From: Rhodosorus marinus CCMP1338
Lineage: Eukaryota > Plantae > Rhodophyta
Direction: 5' to 3'
Assembly: GCA_029953675.1 (NCBI GenBank)
Contig: JAMWBK010000011.1
Coordinates: 248,001 to 312,000 of the forward strand
Length of the DNA stretch: 64,000 bases
The position numbers were made by a program, and so were the translations under genes. Below, piece after piece: positions 1 through 12,300 of the stretch (position 1 is the stretch's first letter; every line of letters begins with the position of its first letter). The notes under the pieces were generated by a model. The model searched no databases, was not told where the DNA came from, and was given only the letters and a program-made list of their open reading frames with translations.

Positions 1-780
1 AGGCTGTCGCATCAACCTAAGTTGTGGTAAGCCACGCTGAGTGTCTTCGTCCATGCGCTAGTCTGGACAGGACAGCATCAACTCGAGTAGGAATGTATGT
101 AACATAGCGCTTTGAAGGACACAAAAATTTTGACGATTCACAGTACCGAACGGAACAACGTATCAAAACCGCTGATTCCGAAAGCCTTGCGTCAGAAACG
201 ACCACAGCCGCAGCGTTGTGAAAGCACCAAAGCTCGAGTCATACTGTCCAGCCAAGCATCTTGGAACTTCATCCGCTCGGCATTCTTCCAATAGTTTCTG
301 GAAAAGAACCATTCTGAGACCCCAGGAAGGTCACGAAAAGTAGGAGACTGACTAGAGCTGATTCTTGTCAAGAGCAGGGGCTCAGTTTCTAACGTTCACA
401 ACAGGGAGAGGCAGATCCTCAACCCCGAAATCGAATAGACATATGTCACTAAATAATTGGATGAATCAGATCTTGATTACAGATGGCGTATTATTATTGA
501 TCAAATCCAAACCCGAGTTTTGTACGCTTAGGCCCGTGACTTGGGGTTGAGTATCGTTGACTGCCGAGACTTCCAGACGTGCTCAAGAATCTCTGCGAAG
601 ATCATGGATGGCTTTCGGAGCAGAGTATTATCAAGCTTGGCATAAGACACTTCTCTAATGATCGCCATCAGCGGGACTACTCGATCCTGGTTCGTTCGCA
701 GGGCTGCACACCAAGCGGTGCGGAGGGATTCATCGGGACGGCGGTCGAGGTGCTTTGGATGCTTGTCCTGTTCTGCACTT
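1..780 (-). CDS. Possible multi-exon gene of unknown function, running off the left edge
   Basis: Protein-like minus-strand segments (IIREVSYAKLDNTLLRKPSMIFAEILEHVWKS at ~540-660; QKLLEECRADEVPRCLAGQYD at ~230-300). No family recognised and boundaries are approximate. Confidence 0.25.
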
Positions 781-793
781 GAACTTTGGGAAA

Positions 794-2537
794 ATGCTAG
801 TTCAGTCCCTTCCTGAAGGTCCGTTGGACATCGTCGGTGAGTTCCTATCCACAAACGTTAGGCGTTTTCACATTGTACGGATTCCGAAGGCGACCGAAAC
901 TGAGCGCTTTCCCTCGGAAAAGGTGATATTCATGGAGAGTATGGCGCGCTTCTATCCCTTATGGACCGTATGGGATACGACTACGAAGGTAACCACAGCG
1001 AGGGACGAGTTATGGTGAGCTTTTGGCCTCATTGGACGTCCGGATCCCGGTGATATCCTCCGGGCATCAGCGCACTAATGATCCTCGCCGGTGTGACAAA
1101 GGTATTCGTTGGTGACTTGATCGATCGTGGGCCAGACTCAATATCAGTTGTGAGGCTAGTTCGTCGGCTTGTAGATACAAAGCGTGCGTACTGCATTCTA
1201 GGCAACCACGAGCTGAACGTACTGCTGGGTAAGGCCAACTCGGGGAGCAAGTGGCTCTATGGAGAGAAAGAGAGCTTGATACGTGATAAGAATGATAGAC
1301 ATACTCTGCAGGTAACTTCTCAAAGCCAAGAATCTTCATGCAAATATCCTTGGACAAACTCGAGAGCGGCTGAACGGGGCGGAACTCACTGCTCGTTTCG
1401 ACATGTTCTCGACTACAAAAGGCACTTGCCGATGAGGCAACCAGAAGCGAGATCTTGAGCTTCCTCCAGCAATTGCCAATTATCCTCGAACGAAGCGATG
1501 TAAGGGTCGTTCACGCCGCATGGGACGATGCGGCTGTTGACAAACTCAGGTTGGATATCCGCGTCCCACTTCTGTCAGTTTGGTGGAAGTCTTTAGCAGT
1601 AAAACGTACATATCTGTACTAACACGGTCTCCTGGGTTTCATATCGTTGTTACAGAGGTTCGAAGCTCAGAACGGTCCTGGACGCGTACTATTTCTATAA
1701 GGGTGAAGTGGACAATAGAATAATTTCCCTTTTAAAATCGGTCACGGCCAGTGCCGAACGCGACGTACTGCTGGCACAATGGACCCCTACTGGCACAGAG
1801 GAGTTGAGCGCCAACCAAAGGAACGCACGGGTTTCTGAAGACGAGCTTTCCGCGCAGTGCGCCGAGCTTATGTACCAGAACGAGAACCCGGTCAATGTCG
1901 TGCTGAGCGGTTTTGAGGAAGTCTCACCGAGCCCCTTTTTCGCAGGGGGAAAGGAGCGAACGGTGAGCAGAACGTCACAAGCCTTCTCGCCCCCCACCGA
2001 CTGTGCCTAAAGACTGCCGACCCCTCGCACGTTTCTGGATGGCTTCTGTAGCTACGACGGAAGAGGTGGTGGAATGACTACCCATCGGATTCCCCGCTGG
2101 TCGTCTTCGGGCACTACTGGAGAAAGGCTAGTCGCACGGAGTCCAACAGCGAGGACGTCCATCTGTTTGGCTTCGACGACTCCGGGAAAACTCCTGGTCA
2201 ACCGTTTTCTCTACTATATACATCCGAGAAATACGTCAACGCCGCTTGCATAGACTACTCCATTGGGAAGCGGTACATCGAGCGTGCTGAAGGCCTAATA
2301 TCGGGAGAAACAGGTAATGGCATGCAACCCGGAGCCCACCTAGGTAGTCCCACGCACTGTAGCGACTGACCTCGAGCGCTCTTCGCTATCCAATATCAAG
2401 GAACTGCCCTCGGAGCTCTTCGGCTTCCGGAAAGAAAACTATATCTACATGACAGAGCACCTCTCGACCTCCAAGGAGTTCCTGGAGAGGGAGTGAGCTT
2501 TGACAACGACGGCCACATTCTAGAATCACCGTCCTAG
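794..2537 (+). CDS. Calcineurin-like metallophosphoesterase (bacterial-type PPP/ApaH-like), multi-exon
   Basis: Spliced by eye: MLVQSLPEGPLDIVG|DIHGE (intron 837-922), VM|VFVGDLIDRGPDS (intron 1015-1101), ILGNHELN, VVHAAW, VVFGHYW, ACIDYSIG. The last exon (2401-2537) reads GTALGALRLPERKL...ESPS*. All PPP metal-binding motifs (GDxHG, GDxxDRG, GNHE) are present. Confidence 0.85.
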
Positions 2538-4283
2538 TTTGCAATTATGGTCTGAGCACTCTGTAGTTCGTCGAGAAGCCCCCTGGCGAAAGGGTACCAG
2601 TACTCGGAAATACGCAGGCTGATGTTGAAAGCATTCCCTAGGCCGCGCATCAAGAAGCTCAACCTTCCGACCATAATGAACTCGTCTGCCATTGAGATGA
2701 CGGGATCACGGCGATCCATCTCTTCCATGAACAGCTGGATGTTCAGACCCTCGGTGACGTCGTCAGAATCTCGATCGTGGAAGAAGCACGCTCGGCGATA
2801 CATTACATCGGGATCACTGTACTTGGACACAAAACCCAGCTCGTTCCCGTACAGCTTGACAATCTCCTTGCGATCGTCACGATATAGCGCATCCATAAAC
2901 TTTGCGTACGAGATACGCGATTCTAGGTCCATGTGCTTTACCTGTTTGGGTCAAAAAAAAAAGGACAAGAAGCTTTCTCAGGCAAAGACGAGTTGTTCTC
3001 GGAAATGGAACAGTCCAACATCTCATCAAAAGCGATTATCGACGACTATATCCCTTGCTTTCATCGGTGCCGACGTGAAGTGAATCACTCACCTGTCCAT
3101 AGTCGAGAAGGCCAAGCCTTCCGTCCTCGCACACGATGATATTCCCAGGGTGCGGATCACCGTTGAAGCTGCCGCAGGTGATCGCCTGAAATCCGTGGAC
3201 GTCAAGGAGGAGTTTCAAGATGTACGCCAGGTTTATCAGCTTGATCGGGTCTCTGTACTCCCACCTCGTTCCAAGCCTTGCAATCGTCATGTTCATGATC
3301 CAAGCAAGCGAGTTGTAAAGCGCGTCTACCACAGCAAAGTACATGTTGAGCATCCTCGTGTACCTCTGCGACGACTCCAGACTCATCTTTGTGCTCTCTT
3401 TCACTTCGTTCTTCTGCTCCTCCTCCAACTCCTCCAGAGTCTTTCCTAATCGAGCAGCGAGCTTACTGTACTGTTCTCTGATGCTGTCGACAAGCCTCTT
3501 CCCTTCGAGGTATTCCATGACCAGGACGTGCTTTGTGCAAAGGTCCATGATCGGCTCGGGGACTACCACCTTTGACCCGTACTTTGGCATCACAAAGTCC
3601 CGAATTGTATTGAGATTTTGGGCCTCGCCGCGATAGTCAAACTCAGTGACGAACTGCCTTTCTACTTCCTCCATAAAGCCTGTCTGGTGCGGCTGGAACA
3701 TCTTCACGAAGCGCATCATCGTTTTCATGTCGGCGCGAAACTTCTGCTCGATGTGGGGATACTGGACTTTCACCGCAACAGTTCGACCATCAAGAAGCTG
3801 GGCTCTATGGACTTGGCCGATCGAAGCAGCCCCGATAGGATCGTCTTCCAGAGAACGGAAAACGCTGTGGAAACTTCTCCCGAGCGATGTCTCGACGAGC
3901 TCTCGGACTTGAGGACCGGTGAGCTCTGGTGGCACATCGTCCTGTGTCTTCTTCGCCCATTTCATGTACTCTTCGGGGACGAACTCATCACGCGTCGATC
4001 CGATCTGCATGAGCTTCAAGTAAAAGCCTCGGAGGTAGTACACCAGCTTCTCGATCTCCGGTGAGTACCGCTGGTGTAGTTTCGAATAGGCTTTCGTCTG
4101 TTCAATATCGGTCCGGTCCTTCACTTGGTACTCCACCATGCGGTAGTGTAAGTACGTCGGAAGAGCGACTCTCCAGAACTCTACAGACCTCTGAATCCCC
4201 TCATCAAGCTGATACTGGGCCGTTCCCGCCGCGGCTCCACCAAGCAGCGTCGCCCCGACCACTTTCAACGCAAGAGAAGCCAT
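2534..4283 (-). CDS. ABC1/ADCK (UbiB-family) atypical protein kinase, 2 exons
   Basis: ORF 3036-4304 has GFYLKLMQ, AASIGQVHRA, VAVKVQYP, EFDYRGEA, NGDPHPGN and LLDYGQ. Intron 2942-3092 (GTGAGT...CAG) joins to VKHMDLESR...; first ATG at 4283. Confidence 0.9.
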
Positions 4284-5260
4284 TCCGAAAAGATCAACGC
4301 TCAAGAGTTACGAGACGCAGGTCGTTTAATGGCTGCTTGCGGTAGAATCAGATCCTCTTCTCAAGGTCCTCTTCACCTTAGCACGTCCATCATGAAGTTT
4401 CTCCGGTGAGTATGTATAGATACCCACTCCACCGCCTCGAAAAGTGGAAGCAATCGGTTTGGGGCTATCACGTCAGATTGACTACGACGAGGGTGAGCAC
4501 CACATTTGAGATACGGATCTGACTGAAGATGTCTATATTCTAGAAGTGCTCTGGATTGGTTTCGAAGAATCAGCGGTGCTCAAACAATACTTTGCTTGCT
4601 TCTTGCAAGGCCCGCACTGAGCTTTACGATTGGCCCTGTCTGGGGGGGGGGTTTTGTGCTTACTGACACAAAGAGAGGAAAAGAACGATCTGTTCAATCC
4701 AGACTGAAATCTCAGTACAGAATTCAGAAGTGGTCTCCAAGAGCGTCAGAGCCTGCTGAGTAGCCCCACCCATCTTAGTCCGTCCCTTTCCCTGGCAACA
4801 AGCCCTCACAGGAAATCCGGGACAGATGTTATATTACAATTGGATGTAACTAACTTAAGGGCCACGTGGTGAAGATATATTGGATTTTAAGCTAACGACC
4901 CATCTGGGAGGGCTTAGAATTAGCTCAATGGGACAGACCGCAAAGATTCATCGACACAAACATGCTTGCTGGCGTGTATTCACTGGCCAAAGGGTCCACA
5001 GAATTACCAGCAACGTCGCTCCCATTAGATGAAAGGATCGCGCCACGACAGCACGATGATGAGAGCTGGTTCTCTATCAAAAAAGAGCGCAAGTCCAATA
5101 GAGTACAGAAGACCCACTTGTGTCTATCCATTCAAGGAATCCAAATTGTGAGCTAGAGATTTCACCGCAGAGCGCACTTACTCTCTTGGTACCTTGATTA
5201 TTTACATTAATAGAGCTACACCGCTCAAGCGTCACGGGCGAGAGCGCATTGTGCAACGAG

Positions 5261-6718
5261 CTACGCCTTTTCTACTTCGAGGTTTGAACTAAGTTTTTCC
5301 CATGCGCTGGATCCGAGCAGGATCTCGTTAAACCGGTTGATATGAGCGCGAAGCTGTCGCGCAGATCCGAACGACATATCACGTGGAACGCCGATTCTGT
5401 CGCGCATGTATGCCAAACTGGTCGCGACCTCTGTCCTCTTCGATGCCTCGATTGGGGAGGTATCGAGATCCTGGTCCCCGCTGATGAGCAGTAAGATTAA
5501 GAGCCGGAGCGCGTGCTCAACTTCAGCTATGTGATTTCCTGGTGTGGCATCTGGATCGGCCAGTGGTGCGGTCACTGTCCGTGGTCTCTTTCCAATGCCT
5601 CGGAGAGCGAACCGGGCGATTTTCTCCGCGTTCCTCGCGACAGATGCTGCGGCCTCGATTCGATACTCCAGCTCAGTAGTCTTCGCAGATCGATCCTCCT
5701 CGGGATAGTTTTCATCGAGCGCCGACACGGGAAGCGTCCAGCTACCGTCCAGTCCATCCACGAACCTTCTGAATTCCTCCGATCCTTCCTCGGAGAAGGC
5801 GTTGCCATATTGCGGTGGAATATCATGGACAGTTGAATAAAAATCAGCCTTGGTCACACGGAACGCCTCGATCTTGTCCTCGAACGCCGCCATCCATCGA
5901 TCAATCGCGGGATACTCCTCACGAATCCTGAACCCCTTCCAGTAGACGGCGGTTGCCGTATACCTCTCAAAGAAGGGGATCGCCATGAGGTCGACCAGAC
6001 AGGCTTCAGCACCGAGAAGAAACGGACCCGACCTATCTATCTTCTCAAGTGCCTGGCTCCAGGCATCCAGTCCTCTCCTGAACGCACGCTTGTTGGACTC
6101 TGAACCGAAAGGTCTGAACATCCACTGGCACCAGAGGCCGAAACAGTCTCTCTCAAGAGACATGAGGGCGCGGGTAAGATTAGGAGCATCTGGGCGAGAT
6201 TCTTCTTCAGGTAGAAGCGGCTTGAATTCTGGAAAGCTCGACTCTATCAGGAACATGATGTCCACAGATTCTGTGATGAACTTGCCGTTGAGCTCCACTG
6301 CTGGAAGAAGTCCGGACGGTACCTTCTCCAAATAATACTCTGGTTTTGGCCCGTAACAACGCATGTTTATCATTCTCATTCGATATGGAATCCTTTTATG
6401 CTCAAGCTGCAACGTCATCCGCTGGCAATACGGACACCAATACGCCGGATCGCGATAAAGCGTGACTCGTATGTCTTCCTCCTTTCTCCCAAACAAGCGC
6501 ACCGATCCGTCCTTCGTATTCGCTGGACGCAGAACGCCATTGGGGTTTTCTTCGCCCAGAAAAGCCCCCACATCCACGCCGTATTGGGCGCCAAAGTCTC
6601 GAACGCCTTCCCGCACAAGGTCCCAAGAAGCGTCCGGGTTCATCGCAGCGGATACCTTCCTACCGCCACGAGACGAATGCCAACGACCACCGCTGACACA
6701 GAATCCGACGCCTTTCAT
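5261..6718 (-). CDS. Cys-type glutathione S-transferase (LYRDPAYWCPYC), probable plastid presequence, intronless
   Basis: 485-aa ORF with thioredoxin-fold CPYC, VPSGLLPAVEL, ESVDIM, a GST-C domain and a C-terminal RDRIGVPRDM motif. Confidence 0.9.
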   Translation of the reverse strand: MKGVGFCVSGGRWHSSRGGRKVSAAMNPDASWDLVREGVRDFGAQYGVDVGAFLGEENPNGVLRPANTKDGSVRLFGRKEEDIRVTLYRDPAYWCPYCQRMTLQLEHKRIPYRMRMINMRCYGPKPEYYLEKVPSGLLPAVELNGKFITESVDIMFLIESSFPEFKPLLPEEESRPDAPNLTRALMSLERDCFGLWCQWMFRPFGSESNKRAFRRGLDAWSQALEKIDRSGPFLLGAEACLVDLMAIPFFERYTATAVYWKGFRIREEYPAIDRWMAAFEDKIEAFRVTKADFYSTVHDIPPQYGNAFSEEGSEEFRRFVDGLDGSWTLPVSALDENYPEEDRSAKTTELEYRIEAAASVARNAEKIARFALRGIGKRPRTVTAPLADPDATPGNHIAEVEHALRLLILLLISGDQDLDTSPIEASKRTEVATSLAYMRDRIGVPRDMSFGSARQLRAHINRFNEILLGSSAWEKLSSNLEVEKA

Positions 6719-7631
6719 CTGAAAACTCCTATTAGAGTAAACAGAACAGCTGATTTTCCTCTCTCAGCATATTTGTTCCCAATAGAAACGTCGAAGACCC
6801 CTTTCACTCCCTCGATCTCCTACCGCTTCACACTCAAATTAGCGTCATCCTCTATCCCCGCTAAACAAGCTTTTCCATTAAAAAAACCTTCCGCTAATAC
6901 ACGAACGATATTCTAATCTAATTATTTTATTAATTCATGACAACTTTCATTCTAATAAAGAACTTTAACTGTCATTACCTTTTTGGGCCGAAAAATTCGA
7001 AATCAGCAACCTTGCACCTCAAAACTTATTCATTGCGGCTGAATTCTTGATACAAATCACGGCTATGAGGTGACGCTTAAAATGTTTTAGTTTTACTGTC
7101 ATGATCGGGTGTATGACAATTTCAACTTAATATGTGACCGGGCGTTGTTCACGGGGTGATGGTTACATACTTGTCTTCTTCGAATGAGCTCTCTTTTGAA
7201 CGTTCGCTCGCTTCTTACGGAAGCCGCGAGTCAAATTCTTTCCTTACCTATTCTCAAGCTAGAATCTACAATCACAAGCTGCATTAACCCCTCAATCCGT
7301 TCCTCCACGTACTTCCTGAAGAAACTAGGAGACCCTTTATCAAACCAAAGATTTTGATCTCCGCACTGCCTGACTGACTCCCCAGATTCGGTTCAACAGC
7401 TCCCAATAAGGTCACTTTAGACACTCAATCGAAAAGCACTGCAAATTCCTCTATGAACGACGAGCAGACTCAATCGCTTCACTGATGCCTTCACCAATTC
7501 GCAACCTGCAAACCAAGACCATCTACAAGGCGCGAGATTTTGAGCTCTTTACCAGAAATTGCGATGCAGTTCGGTAGCTACTGAGGTAGCAAGGCAGATG
7601 GATTGAGTAGGCGCACAGCAAAAATCTCTTG

Positions 7632-9083
7632 ATGGGATTCATCTGGAACCTAACTCGTCTGAACGGACGGATTGATCGACGTGGAGTCAGGCTCGTATCG
7701 TCCGTTTCCATGAGCTGGGACGTTGCCCGTACTCGTCTGGAACACTTGGCAGACAAGCAGGGCATCGATGCTGCGAAGCTGTTTGTGACGTCGCAGGTGG
7801 AAGGTGATCTGAGACCGCCTGTGGTCAGAGATGACGCCGTTCGAACTTTCGGTAAAGCTGAGGAGGATATCCGGGTCACACTGTACAGGGATCCAGCGTA
7901 CTGGTGTCCATACTGTCAACGCGTTCAGCTTCAGCTCGAGCTGAAGCGGATACCGTATCGCGTGAAGACGGTGAACATGCGATGTTACGGAGAGAAGCCG
8001 GAATACTTTCGGGCGCTTGTACCGTCCGGAGCGATCCCTGCGGTTAGCTTCGACGACGGACCCGTGAAGACCGAGTCGCTTGACTTGATGCTGGAGATCG
8101 AGCGGATGTTCCCAGACAGCTCACCCCTGATTCCGTCGGAGGACAACGAGGAGCTGTACAAAATCTTCCGGAGTTTCATGCAGCTCGAGCGTCGACTCTT
8201 CTCCAGCTGGTTCCAGTACATGTTCAGTGGCGGTTTCGGCCTGTTCGGTGGGGGTAAGGACAACTTTCTCTCAAACCTCGAAGCTTGGGACGCAGCGATG
8301 GGACAGGTCAGCAGCGGACCATTCGCCCTCGGAGGCAGTGTCTGTCTCGTCGACATTCTCGCGGTGCCTTTCGTCGAGAGGATGGTCGCATCGGCGCTGT
8401 ACTGGAAAGGGATCAACATTCGCGAGGACTATCCTGGCATCGACGCCTGGCTCAGAGGGATGGAAACCGAGTTCCCGGCGTACAAGGCGATAAGAGCAGA
8501 TATCTACTCCACTGTGCACAATCTTCCTCCGCAGACGGGGAGGGCGACTTTCGATTCTGGCTCAGACAAGTTTCGTGAGGTTATAGACGGAGTAGGCAGC
8601 AACTGGGAGCTGCCGTTGGTGGGGTCTGCGAGCTATGATCGAATCTATGGCGATGACTCTGAGGCGAAAATCGAGGCCGCGGCCGCGCTCATTCGTGGAT
8701 CGGAGTTCCTGGTGCCGTTTGCGATGCGTTCAGTTGGCGTTCGCAAACGAACCGTCTCCGCTCCGTTGGCAGATCCAGACGCGCAGCCCGTACTGTGGGG
8801 AAAGGAATTTGTGGAACGGGCTCTCTACGGAGTTGCTTTTGCTTTGATCGACGGAACCGAAGCACCGGAGGCGATAGACGCCGCCCAGAGCATTCCTGCA
8901 GATGAGCAGCGCAAAGTAATCGCCTCGCTTGCGTACCTTCGCGATCGAATTGGTGTTCCTCGAGACATGTCACCGGGCGCGGCGAGGCAGCTTCGCTCTC
9001 ACCTCAACTGGTTTTGCAGGAGCATGCTGGGGGAAGAGAGGTGGGCTGAGATCAAGCCCGAGTACGCTGTACTGAGTGCGTGA
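7632..9083 (+). CDS. Cys-type glutathione S-transferase, paralogue of 5261-6718, intronless
   Basis: Same motifs: LYRDPAYWCPYCQR, VPSGAIPAV, ESLDLM, RDRIGVPRDM. First ATG at 7632. Confidence 0.9.
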   Translation: MGFIWNLTRLNGRIDRRGVRLVSSVSMSWDVARTRLEHLADKQGIDAAKLFVTSQVEGDLRPPVVRDDAVRTFGKAEEDIRVTLYRDPAYWCPYCQRVQLQLELKRIPYRVKTVNMRCYGEKPEYFRALVPSGAIPAVSFDDGPVKTESLDLMLEIERMFPDSSPLIPSEDNEELYKIFRSFMQLERRLFSSWFQYMFSGGFGLFGGGKDNFLSNLEAWDAAMGQVSSGPFALGGSVCLVDILAVPFVERMVASALYWKGINIREDYPGIDAWLRGMETEFPAYKAIRADIYSTVHNLPPQTGRATFDSGSDKFREVIDGVGSNWELPLVGSASYDRIYGDDSEAKIEAAAALIRGSEFLVPFAMRSVGVRKRTVSAPLADPDAQPVLWGKEFVERALYGVAFALIDGTEAPEAIDAAQSIPADEQRKVIASLAYLRDRIGVPRDMSPGAARQLRSHLNWFCRSMLGEERWAEIKPEYAVLSA

Positions 9084-9324
9084 TATTAGCATGGTTTTCG
9101 GTCGTTAGAAGAAGACGAGACGAGGCTGGCCCTGTAGGGCCTGAAACTTGAACGACGTTTGCGGACGTGCTTATGAAACCGAAGAGTTGAGATTGTTTAT
9201 GTTAGAAAAGCTAGTTTAAAAGTAAGTTGGGGAACCCGAGGGATCCGTTCCCGCGCGTCGGTAGCGCTCTTGATCGCTCTTCTCGGAGATTTAGTCGACA
9301 GGAAAACGATCGCAGAGCGTGCTT

Positions 9325-12300
9325 CTACTTTGTTTCATACCAGGAAGAACCTATGCCGACCGAAACCTTGAGATTCACGTCGCCGGGGAACTCAACGGCA
9401 TTTGCCATTTGGTCAACTACGATCTCCCTGACCGTATCCAATTCGTCAGGGTGTACTTCAAACACAAGCTCATCATGTACCTACGACGTCGCTTCCAAGT
9501 TAGATAGCTATCGCTGGATGGGAGGATGGGACCAGGAGCGGTAGCGCGTGCAACTCACCTGAAGCACCATTCTACTCTTCAAGTTGAACTCATCCAACTT
9601 TTCCGATATGTCGATCATCGCTTGCTTGATGAGGTCCGCCTGAGTCCCTTGGATTGGCATATTTACAGCTACACGTTCTGCAGCCTGGCGTTCGAACGAG
9701 TTGCCGCTAGCTAAGCACGCGAACGAAAAGGATCCGAAGTGAGAGACCTCGTCGACCATCGCCCAAAACGGCGGATCGCGGTCTTACTTATCCCACGAGC
9801 GCGCCTTCGACGGCCAAGAAACGTTCGACTGTATCCGCTCTCCCTTGCATGCTCTATCAGAGAATCCAGAAAGTACTTGATCTTCGGAAATCCGTCGTAA
9901 AAGTCATCGATCACCCTCCTAGCCTCTTCAATACCACTCTGGAGCTGATACGCTAAACCAGGCGCTGAGATTCCATAGGGGATCCCAAAGTTTACCTGCG
10001 CATGGGGCGAATGATGTGAGGCTATTCGGCTAAGCGAAAGGTCCCCAAACACTGTGCTAGGTTGTAGCACCTACCGCTTTGGCATGGTTTCGCAGCTGAG
10101 GAGTGACCTCCGAAGTATCCTGCAGTCCGTAGATACGTATCGCAGTTGACGAATGTATGTCGTCGCTGCGAGAAAATGCTGCCTGCATATGCTCGTCGCC
10201 ACTCAGCGCAGCAAGGATTCTGAGCTCGATCTGCTCGTAGTCCGCGCCGAGAAGTACAAATCCATCTTCTGGCACGAATGCTTTCCGGATGTTTCGACCA
10301 ACGGCATCGCGTACCGGAATCGCCTGGTTCGATAGGAAGGATAAGTTGCTCCGAACGGTCAGCAACTGAGCATGATCCGCAATAAATCTGTAAAAATCTG
10401 TGCTGTTCGCTCATACCTGAAGGTTTGGTCGCGAAAATGACAAACGTCCTGTCACCGCAGCAGTCTGACTGATAAGAGCATGAATGCGAGAATCTTTCTC
10501 CGAAACGCACTTGGCAAGTCCAACCAGGTAAGTGTTCTGGAGCTTTGAAATCGACCGGTGCCGAAGTACCAGCGTTGCCATTTGTCGTACCCGCTCGTCA
10601 GGTTCAGTCTGGAGAAGACCCATGAGAACCTTTTCGGATGTGGACACATTCCTCGTCCGCCTCTTGGTTGGAAGTTTCGCCCCCATCTCGATTAGCACCT
10701 CTGCGAGCTGCTTCGAAGAAGCCAAGTTGAACGGCGCGACGCCTTCGATCGCGAAGATCTCCTTCTCGAGCCTCTCCTTCTGCGAAGCGATCTCCTCCTC
10801 AATGGACTCCAACTTCGTAACATCCACTCGAATCCCTGTGGATTCCATCCGTGCCAGAACTGGAACAAGCTGCATCTCCATCTCCTGGATCCCCGCCAGG
10901 CCGACCTTCTGAATCAGTTTCTCAGCTGCCTTTGCCGTTTCCACTGACAGCAGAGCGACAGTCACAGCATCCTCCTCGGCGTCGGACTGCAGCAGATCCT
11001 CAATATCCCTCGAAGTTGCGAACTGAACTTGTTGTACCCTACTCATGAACGCGTCCGGATCTAATAGGAACGCGACAATGTCCAAGTCTACAAACTGGCA
11101 CCGAGGTAGAATTTTTCGGCCCGTTTCAAACCAACCTGTTCGGGGGAGCTCACACAGTCAATTCGCGCAATCAAGGCTCATGTCCAAAGTCGACATATCA
11201 AAACGTGACCTCTCACCTCTGAGGAAGGGTTTTAACCCCCATCCGACTATCTTCACGTCGCGCCTGTAGAGGATCTCAGTGATTGCTTCCATCGCTGCTC
11301 GGAGGGAACGAACATGCGTCAGTATGGTCAGCACTTCGCTGTTAGTTGTGGCCTCCATTCACAGCTCCCCGCTCACCTGTTCCGTGATCAGGGATCTGGC
11401 ATCCGCGTCCGTCTGGCAGACACACGGATGCGTTCTCTTGTTGGCAGTAGATGCCAACAGTCGACTGCTCACTTAGGGCCTCTACAAAGGAGCTGAAACT
11501 GACAAGCTCTGCAACTCGGCTCGGATCCGCAGGGCTTTCCTCTTCTTCCGCGCCCACGCCAGTGTCGCCAATCTCCAGGAGGCCATCGTCCGCGAGTTGT
11601 CGGACCGGCTGGGGATTGATTCCCAATCCGCGGCACCACTCTTCCACATCGTGCCACACGACAGGGGGCCTCCTCGTAACCTGTTCGAAAAGCTCGTCGT
11701 CGATCTCAGACATGTATTCCTCCAGCGTCAGCACTTGCTTCATATTCTCCGCAATTTCTCGCCCTTCTCGAAGCCTACAAGAAGTTCTCTTCAGTTCCTC
11801 AGTTGGAAACAAAGAAGGCGTCCCAGACCCGAAAAACTCACGTCGTGGATAGCCTTTCCGACTTAACATTTTCAGCATTCTCTAGTATGGACTCCAAGCT
11901 GCCGTATTCCTTCATGAGCTTCAAAACGCCCTTTTCGCCGAATCCTCTGAGCCCCGGTAGACTGTCCGACTTGTCCCCAATCAGCGACCTCATGTCCACG
12001 TGCTGTGAGGGCGGGATTCCCTCGTACTTGTCCTTGAACGTATCCTCGGTGACGGCCTCCCAAGAATCCAAAGGTCCTCTACCAAAGCCCATCACTGGCT
12101 TCAAGATCTGCACGTCGCAACCAAGAAGCTGGTAAAAGTCATGGTCGGTTGAGATAATCGCCGACTTGAACCCTTTGTCCGACGCTTTTCTAGTCATGGA
12201 TGCGATAACGTCATCTGCTTCATAGCCAGGGACCTAACCGCGCAGAGCGTACACACAGTTGCGCCGAGCACTCATCAATATCATGTACTGCTTCTCTAAG

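Noticed and set aside
3150-9000. Many 60-170 aa ORFs antisense to ABC1 and the GSTs, and similar ORFs across the window
   Set aside because: They are shadow frames of well-supported genes and have no motifs of their own.
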